Source: a virus (taxonomy: Duplodnaviria; Heunggongvirae; Uroviricota; Caudoviricetes). From it: 4,956 nucleotides of DNA. Within the stretch, counting starts at the first letter, position 1. The number at the start of each line of letters is the position of its first letter. The notes under the pieces were generated by a model. That model searched no databases and was not told the DNA's origin. It saw only the letters and a list, made by a program, of their open reading frames with translations. The stretch is from IMG/VR virus record IMGVR_UViG_2541047126_000008, one strand, 5' to 3'. This document shows, in pieces, positions 1 to 4,956 of the stretch. A program made the translations under genes and the position numbers.

Positions 1-572
1 GTCACCTGGTCAGCAAATCCGTGTGCCAGACATTCGGCACCGGACATCCAGGTTTCATCCGCCAGCATGGCGGCAATTTCATCGGTGGTTTTTCCGGTTT
101 TCTGCGCATAGGCTGGCAACAGTACCGATTCGACTTTATCCAGCAAATCGGCATAACTGCGCATATCCTCAGCATCCCCGCCACTGAATCCCCATGGCTT
201 ATGGATCATCATGAAGGCATTTTCCGGCATAATGACCGTATCACCGGCCATCGCAATCACAGATGCCATCGAGGCGGCAACGCCATCCACATACACGGTA
301 ATGGTCGCCCCCTGATTTTTCAGGGCATTAAAAATGGCGATGCCTTCAAAGACATCGCCACCCGGTGAATTGATATTGAGATTAATGTGGGTGATATCGC
401 CCAGTGCATTCAGATCACTGATAAACTGCTTCGCTGTAACACCCCAGAAACCAATCTCGTCATAAATATAAATATCCGCGTCACTCTGGTGACCAGCCTG
501 CATCCTGAACCAGGAATTATTCTTCGGACTGGTCGTCGGTGTGCTGCGGCTCCTGTCGTTTCGTTGCGGCAC
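1..572 (-). CDS. ClpP-like (S14-type) prohead/head maturation protease, N-terminal part; 3' end lies beyond the left edge of the window
   Basis: Minus-strand frame open from about 572 down to position 3 with no stop (not in the ORF track because it has no stop inside the window). Hand translation from the ATG at 503..501: MQAGHQSDADIYIYDEIGFWGVTAKQFISDLNALGDITHINLNINSPGGDVFEGIAIFNALKNQGATITVYVDGVAASMASVIAMAGD...MIHKPW... The INSPGG, GxAASMAS (Ser codon 270-272) and MIHKP (His codon 201-203) motifs match the ClpP serine protease signature. Start is ambiguous: ATG at 503..501 has only a weak Shine-Dalgarno, whereas an in-frame GTG at 572..570 is preceded by a perfect AAGGAGG (revcomp of 578-584) with a 5-nt spacer; I report the longer version. 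Confidence 0.8.
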   Translation of the reverse strand, partial: MPQRNDRSRSTPTTSPKNNSWFRMQAGHQSDADIYIYDEIGFWGVTAKQFISDLNALGDITHINLNINSPGGDVFEGIAIFNALKNQGATITVYVDGVAASMASVIAMAGDTVIMPENAFMMIHKPWGFSGGDAEDMRSYADLLDKVESVLLPAYAQKTGKTTDEIAAMLADETWMSGAECLAHGFADQV

Positions 573-2026
573 TGCTGCCTCCTTTATCACTGGCCGGATC
601 GGTATCAAATACCAGATCCAGCTTGCGGTTTTCATCAATTTCGGCCTTGCGCCGACGTTTGACATCATCCGGATTACGACCACCTGCACGTACCCAGTCT
701 GATTCTGTCGCTGCTCCACCACGAATCTGAATTTTCCAGGCCTCAGCCTCCTTAACAGGGTCAATCCACGGCATCACCGGTCCGGAATACACCGCGGTAT
801 ACAGTGAAGAACGGTCAAGATCGCGGGGTAGCCTGATAACACCGGATGCCACAGCCTGTTTCAGCCAGGCACGATACATCGGGCGGGTGACGGCACCAAT
901 AAACCAGTCCTGCAGGATCAGGTAGCCATCAGTGGATTCAACCAGCTCCTGACGCTGGGCGCTGTAAGTGCCGTTATAGTTGCGCGCTGTACTGGAAAAA
1001 ATTCAGACGACTGCCCGCCGCCACGGCACGCAACTGACCATTACGAAAAGTTTCAAGGTTAGGATTGGGGCGATCCGACTTCACCATTCCGATTTCTTCG
1101 CCGGGTTTCAGATCGTCGTAAATAATGCCTGGCTGAATGGTAAGCTCGCGTTCCTTATCCTTGCTGCCATTACCATCCGGTTCATAGCTCTGCCCATCGC
1201 CTTTCCGGATGTACATCCCCAGAGCAGCGGCGATCCTTGCTGCAGTCAGCTCAGAATCCTCATACTCTTTCAGGGCACTGAGGCGGATCAGCACACCGGA
1301 CAACAAAGACGTCCCGCGCATCTGGTGCAGACGGCGAACAAATTTAAGATGCAGCATTCGCTCTGCATCCACTTCTTTGGTTTCCATCTGCCGTCCGGAT
1401 ACGGGACGGCTTTTATACACCAGATATTTTTCGGGACGCCCCCAGTCATCAACAAACACGCCCTGATTCAGCCTGTTGCTCTCATCACTGGTCATGGGAA
1501 TAAAGTCTGGCTCGAGCGCCTCCAGCCAGAAATGAACACCGGCAGAAGGCGTCAGGCTGTTTATGCGCCCGGAAACCATCTGGGCAAACACCTCACCATC
1601 GCGCAGCCAGGTACGCAGCATCAGACGTTCCAGCATCGGACGGGTAAACTGCCCGGTGACTTCCGGACTGACAGACCATTCACTCCATCGGGTGCGTATC
1701 TCCGCTGCCAGATCACGGGCAATGGCCCCATTGCGTAATACCGGATGTGGCTCGACAATAATCCCGTTTTTCCCCACCACCCGTTCTTCCAGCTTGTCAA
1801 ATACACCAATAACCAGATCGTGGTTGTTATCAAGGTAACGGGCCTGCTCACGTAACGACACGGCCCCGTACTGGCTTAACTGGTCGGCAGTTCGGTTTTC
1901 CCGCCGGGCTTTGTGTGTCCGCGTCGTTTTTACGGCCTCATAAGCCTGGATCACCGCACGGGAACGCAGCCTTGCCGCTTTCCATCCTGGTGAAAAAACG
2001 CCAATCACATCATCAAGAATTGCCAT
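517..2026 (-). pseudogene. Phage portal protein, lambda-type (PF05136-like), split into two frames by an apparent +1 frameshift in an A6/T6 homopolymer at 996-1001
   Basis: N-terminal segment: ATG at 2026..2024 (MAILDDVIGVFSPGWKAARLRSRAVIQAYEA..., a typical lambda-family portal N-terminus) runs in one frame to a TAA at 976..974 (...SRLNFFQYSAQL*), about 350 codons. The track ORF 974..2098 begins at an upstream in-frame Met, but 2026 is the likely start because it overlaps the gpW stop. C-terminal segment: a second frame is open from 1002 down to a TAA at 519..517 (...IFSSTARNYNGTYSAQRQELVESTDGY...QEPQHTDDQSEE*), about 160 codons. The two frames overlap only across 977-1002, which contains the A6 run; removing one A would give a single portal of about 500 aa. 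Confidence 0.8.
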
Positions 2027-2238
2027 CAGAACCTCGCCAGCCGGTACCCGGGATGCCCCCGTCGTCGTGTAATCAGAGCCGCAAGGCGGCGCTCCCACTC
2101 CTGCCGTCCCTGCCGGATCTCAGATAAGTTTTCCATGGTCATCTGCTGACCATTAAAGGTGACGGATTTTCCGTCCAGCACCGCCATTTCAGCTTCCGTA
2201 TAACGCTGAATCATGGCTTCGATATCATTCTGGTTCAT
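2026..2238 (-). CDS. Head-tail joining protein, gpW-like
   Basis: About 70 aa (MNQNDIEAMIQRYTEAEMAVLDGKSVTFNGQQMTMENLSEIRQGRQEWERRLAALITRRRGHPGYRLARF). Size, position between terminase and portal, and the C-terminal RRRG-P-GY motif resemble lambda gpW (which ends ...QRRRGPAGFYV, from memory). The track starts it at 2244, but GGAGG sits directly against that ATG; the second ATG at 2238..2236 has a 6-nt spacer and overlaps the terminase TGA as ATGA. Its stop TGA (2028..2026) overlaps the portal ATG as ATGA. Confidence 0.75.
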   Translation of the reverse strand: MNQNDIEAMIQRYTEAEMAVLDGKSVTFNGQQMTMENLSEIRQGRQEWERRLAALITRRRGHPGYRLARF

Positions 2239-4337
2239 AACCATCCTCCGGAAGTCAGCCAGGGGTTAACATCGTCAGTTACTGTTTTCTTCCGTTTTTG
2301 TTTTTTAACAGGCGTGGATACCGGTTCCGGTGAGGGTGACGGTTCGGTACTGTCCGGGACACTCTCCAGCCAGGTTTCCCGGCTCGCCCACCCCGGTGCA
2401 TCCGGCCAGCGGATCTTTTCGTATCCATGCAGAATGACCAGAGCCTCGGCATACACCATCAGGTCAAAAGCTTCGTTGGCACCGCGACCCGGCTTACTCC
2501 ATTTCCCGTCACTACTCCGCTCTTCATACGTCAGTTCGTCGTAAAACCAGCTCCCCAGCCAGTCAGGGAAATGCACATAGCCGGGACCTGGAGAGTCACG
2601 CCATAACGCGTTATTCACCCGGTCTTTCAGTGCATCCGTCTGAAGAAGCCAGAGCGGCACATCACCTGCGGCCTGCGCCCGTCGGCCCGTTCGTCCGGTG
2701 TTATCAGGGAATGTACGGGTGATCAGTTTTGCGCGCCGGATGCTGTCGCCCTTAAACAGGTAAATACGTTTACCAAGGCCATCACGACGGCAACGACGCC
2801 AGAATTTATAGGCATTATCAGTGACCCCGTCTTCACCGCCGGAGTCCACCGCCATTGCCATCAGTCGCATTTGTTGAGAAGGATCGGAGGCCAGCGGCCA
2901 GCTTTTATGAAAAACATCCGTCAGCAGGACATCCCAGTCTTCCGGATAGCTGGCCGGATCAATTCGCTGGCTCTCACCGTCGCTGTCACCGCGCAATGAC
3001 TGCGTGATGTTGTAACGATCAATAATCCAGCGTTCGCCACGGCTGCCATAGCCCGTTACCTGAACCACAAAACGGCGATGACGTCCCGCCTGCACATCCA
3101 CTGTCGCCACAAGGAAATTAACGCCATCCGGCACACTGCTGGAAGGAACTGGCTCTGCCCGCTGCTCAAGCAGTTCACTTTTTCGTTGCTCCATGCTGGC
3201 GCGGGGAAGATAAGGTAATCCCCAGTCGGTATTGATAACCGTCTTGAGTGTTTCTTCACTTCCGGTTGTCTCGTATTCCTGTTCTGCAGTAAGCAGTTTG
3301 TAAACGAGTTGCGAGAGTGTCTGGTAAGCAGCTGCCGGACCCTCCATCCAGAATGACGCAATACGTGAGCGTCGGGGATCACCATAACGACTACCATCCG
3401 CATTGATGGATTCACCATCCCGCAACCAGACCCCACGTCCGTTCAGCTCACGTTTTTGTTCAGGCATAATCCGTCCTGAACAGGAAGGACACTGAATATA
3501 AGCCGCCTCACTTGCCAGCACGGGATCGGCAATATCACGGAAACCAGCAACCACATCGCCGCAGGGCTGAAAATACTCACCACAGTGTGGACAGGGCCAG
3601 TACCAGCGACGGCGATCGCCACGGTTATAGAGCGACAGTATCCCCGTGGTTGGTGGAGCCTCATGCGGTGAAGTCCGTCGCCATTTCACATCCTTCACAT
3701 CCCTGCCGGGGGAACTCTCCACCAGCGTCATACCACTGGACATAAATGTGGTGGTACGTTTTGAGGCAAGAGAGAAGGCATCCCCCTCGCCATCAATATC
3801 TTCCGGAAAACGGTCATAATCCGTCAGCGCCACGCATTTATAATCTGATGAGGACATGATATTGACTGACGGCCAGCCGATTTTCAGGTAGTTGCCAGCA
3901 AGGAATGTTCTGTCATAAACGTTGTTGTCATTTTTGTTCGGACTCAGGCGACTGACCACTTCCGGGCTGACGCGAAACGTTCTGGCGAGTCGTTTTTTGG
4001 AGTGTTCGCGGGCTTTTTCCTCCGTCATCTGAATGATCAGCATATCCGCAGGATCGCAAATCACGTTGTAAATCACCCAGCCGTCAATCAGGCCGATAGT
4101 CTTGCCGGTTCGTGCCGGGCCAACAAATATCACTGCGTCGTATTCACGCGAGGCCAGGCAGTTCATCGGCTCAATAACATACGGTGCCACCAGCGGATCC
4201 CACGGGACTGAGTTCCCGGCCCCCATGGGCACCCGCATATACTGAGCAACGGCATCAGCAACCCGCATTCGTCTCGGTGCGCGAAGGATATAACCTGAAT
4301 CGGTTCGTGCTGCCTTTGCGGTTTCCTGATTCAGCAT
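2235..4337 (-). CDS. Terminase large subunit, lambda gpA family
   Basis: 700-aa ORF. Walker A P-loop VGPARTGKT near the N-terminus; CPHCGEY ... CPSCSG paired-cysteine motif (lambda gpA has ACPHCGEEQ, from memory); FLVATVDVQ segment resembling the gpA nuclease-domain region (lambda YLTAGIDSQ, from memory). AGGAGGAG Shine-Dalgarno (revcomp of 4340-4347) upstream of the ATG at 4337..4335; that ATG overlaps the upstream frame's TAA as TAATG. Confidence 0.93.
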   Translation of the reverse strand: MLNQETAKAARTDSGYILRAPRRMRVADAVAQYMRVPMGAGNSVPWDPLVAPYVIEPMNCLASREYDAVIFVGPARTGKTIGLIDGWVIYNVICDPADMLIIQMTEEKAREHSKKRLARTFRVSPEVVSRLSPNKNDNNVYDRTFLAGNYLKIGWPSVNIMSSSDYKCVALTDYDRFPEDIDGEGDAFSLASKRTTTFMSSGMTLVESSPGRDVKDVKWRRTSPHEAPPTTGILSLYNRGDRRRWYWPCPHCGEYFQPCGDVVAGFRDIADPVLASEAAYIQCPSCSGRIMPEQKRELNGRGVWLRDGESINADGSRYGDPRRSRIASFWMEGPAAAYQTLSQLVYKLLTAEQEYETTGSEETLKTVINTDWGLPYLPRASMEQRKSELLEQRAEPVPSSSVPDGVNFLVATVDVQAGRHRRFVVQVTGYGSRGERWIIDRYNITQSLRGDSDGESQRIDPASYPEDWDVLLTDVFHKSWPLASDPSQQMRLMAMAVDSGGEDGVTDNAYKFWRRCRRDGLGKRIYLFKGDSIRRAKLITRTFPDNTGRTGRRAQAAGDVPLWLLQTDALKDRVNNALWRDSPGPGYVHFPDWLGSWFYDELTYEERSSDGKWSKPGRGANEAFDLMVYAEALVILHGYEKIRWPDAPGWASRETWLESVPDSTEPSPSPEPVSTPVKKQKRKKTVTDDVNPWLTSGGWL

Positions 4338-4540
4338 TACTCCTCCTGCTGTAATTCCTCCTCATCATCCGCACCTGCTTCGGTCACCCGCAGGGCTATC
4401 TGATCGCGCAGATCATCAATAATGGACTGAACACGGCTCACAGCGGCAGGCTGCAGACCACAGTCACGTTCCAGAATATCCGGTAATGTCTCCAGCACCT
4501 GCACGACCGCTTTTGCCCAGATGGCAAACTCCCGTCTGAC
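4337..4540 (-). pseudogene. Terminase small subunit, 3' fragment (about 67 C-terminal codons); 5' part apparently displaced by the IS insertion
   Basis: Minus-strand frame open through 4540..4340 with no stop and no ATG, ending in a TAA at 4339..4337 that overlaps the terL ATG. Hand translation: VRREFAIWAKAVVQVLETLPDILERDCGLQPAAVSRVQSIIDDLRDQIALRVTEAGADDEEELQQEE*. The position immediately upstream of terL and the acidic C-terminal tail fit a Nu1-like small terminase. The frame runs on into IS sequence and hits a stop at 4573..4571. Family assignment is by position and composition only. Confidence 0.5.
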
Positions 4541-4582
4541 TGAACCGCCCCGGGTTTCCTGGAGAGTGTTTTATCTGTGAAC
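4541..4582. repeat. Terminal inverted repeat region of the IS3-family element (exact IR length not determinable without the other end)
   Basis: Plus-strand sequence tgaaccgccccgggtttcctggagagtgttttatctgtgaac lies between the IS boundary and the OrfB stop; the partner IR is outside the window, so the pairing cannot be verified here. Confidence 0.5.
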
Positions 4583-4956
4583 TCAGGCTGCCAGATCATC
4601 GTTTCCGATGGAAGCATAATAAGCTTTTTCTGCTTCTGCCGGAGGAGTATGGCCCAGCCTTCCCAGCAATCGTCGATTGTTATACCAGTCCACCCACGTT
4701 AGTGTGGCCAGTTCCACTTCTGCACGGTTTTTCCAGCTCTTACGGTGTATTACCTCCGCTTTGTAAAGACCATTGATGCTCTCAGCCATCGCGTTGTCAT
4801 ACGAGTCGCCTGTACTCCCTGTTGATGCCAGTAATCCGGCTTCTTTTAGTCGCTCCGTATAGGCCAGTGACACATACTGAGAGCCTTTATCGCTGTGATG
4901 GATGGTGCCAGACGGACGACGGGCCCACAACGCCTGCTCCAGCGCATCCAGCACGA
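4583..4956 (-). CDS. IS3-family transposase OrfB (DDE integrase core domain), C-terminal portion; N-terminus outside the window
   Basis: Track ORF 4583..4954 (frame stays open to the window edge). Translation ...HHSDKGSQYVSLAYTERLKEAGLLASTGSTGDSYDNAMAESINGLYKAEVIHRKSWKNRAEVELATLTWVDWYNNRRLL... carries the second Asp and the Glu of the DD(35)E triad (DSYDNAMAES) with a conserved Lys 7 residues after the Glu, plus the WVDWYNNRR tail typical of IS3-family OrfB. Confidence 0.9.
   Translation of the reverse strand, partial: VLDALEQALWARRPSGTIHHSDKGSQYVSLAYTERLKEAGLLASTGSTGDSYDNAMAESINGLYKAEVIHRKSWKNRAEVELATLTWVDWYNNRRLLGRLGHTPPAEAEKAYYASIGNDDLAA

Larger units (their letters stand above)
4541..4956 (-). 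mobile_element. IS3-family insertion sequence (resembles IS629/IS1203/IS3411-type elements), right-hand end; the rest lies beyond the window
   Basis: Contains the C-terminal part of an IS3-family OrfB transposase. The 42 nt between the transposase stop and 4541 begin on the plus strand with TGAACCGCCCCGGG..., giving the TG...CA terminus typical of IS3-family inverted repeats. The boundary at 4541 is inferred from that motif and from where the terS-like frame stops making sense; the exact element identity is from memory and needs an ISfinder comparison. Confidence 0.8.

Noticed and set aside
2-368. Track ORFs 21..368 (+) and 2..184 (-) at the left edge
   Set aside because: Both overlap the minus-strand frame encoding the ClpP-like protease motifs; their translations are Cys/His/Arg-rich and non-protein-like. 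Treated as alternative-frame artefacts.
942-994. Imperfect 11-nt direct repeat TACAGCGC(G/C)CA on the coding strand, 25 nt apart, so that both portal frames read YSAQ; considered as a 25-bp duplication causing the frameshift
   Set aside because: Similarity does not extend beyond about 11 nt, and excising the 25 nt would remove codons belonging to the downstream portal frame. A single extra base in the adjacent A6 run explains the frameshift more simply.
977-1002. Programmed ribosomal frameshift in the portal gene at the T-run
   Set aside because: The required shift is +1 on a plain UUUUUU run with no obvious downstream structure; programmed frameshifts in lambdoid phages are known in the tail assembly chaperone genes, not in portals. 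Mutation or sequencing error is far more likely.
980-1738. Long plus-strand ORF (252 aa) antisense to the portal gene
   Set aside because: Lies entirely within the well-supported minus-strand portal coding region; the translation is low-complexity with no recognisable motifs and no convincing RBS. Antisense ORFs of this length are common opposite real genes.
3056-4211. Track ORFs 3056..3436 (-), 3443..3664 (-), 3512..3745 (+) and 4002..4211 (+) inside the terminase region
   Set aside because: All are embedded in, or antisense to, the continuous 700-aa terminase large-subunit ORF and show no motifs of their own.
4338-4540. cos site / terminase binding sites expected near the terminase genes
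   Set aside because: In lambda, cos lies upstream of the start of the small terminase gene. Here that region is on the far side of the IS, outside the window, and I did not recognise a cosN-like sequence within the window.
1-4956. CRISPR arrays, tRNA/rRNA genes, or a novel defence/accessory cassette
   Set aside because: No spaced direct repeats, no tRNA-like structures, and no intergenic space are evident; minus-strand coding is essentially continuous from 1 to 4540, followed by IS sequence. The content is fully explained by known phage packaging genes plus an IS.

Overview
This window is the DNA-packaging and head-morphogenesis module of a lambdoid (lambda/Gifsy-like) enterobacterial prophage, entirely encoded on the minus strand, and I found no novel defence or accessory system in it. 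Reading right to left (direction of transcription): the end of an IS3-family insertion sequence with a partial OrfB transposase (4541-4956); a 3' fragment of a terminase small-subunit gene with no start codon (4337-4540); a gpA-family terminase large subunit (2235-4337); a gpW-like head-tail joining protein (2026-2238); a lambda-type portal gene split into two reading frames at an A6 homopolymer (517-2026); and the 5' part of a ClpP-like prohead protease running off the left edge (1-572). The genes are linked by overlapping stop/start codons (TAATG, ATGA, ATGA). The two notable observations are the IS apparently interrupting the small terminase gene and the frameshifted portal, which together suggest a defective prophage unless the frameshift is a sequencing error. 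Family assignments come from motifs I read in the translations and from memory of these protein families; no database search was run. All plus-strand ORFs in the track look like antisense artefacts.
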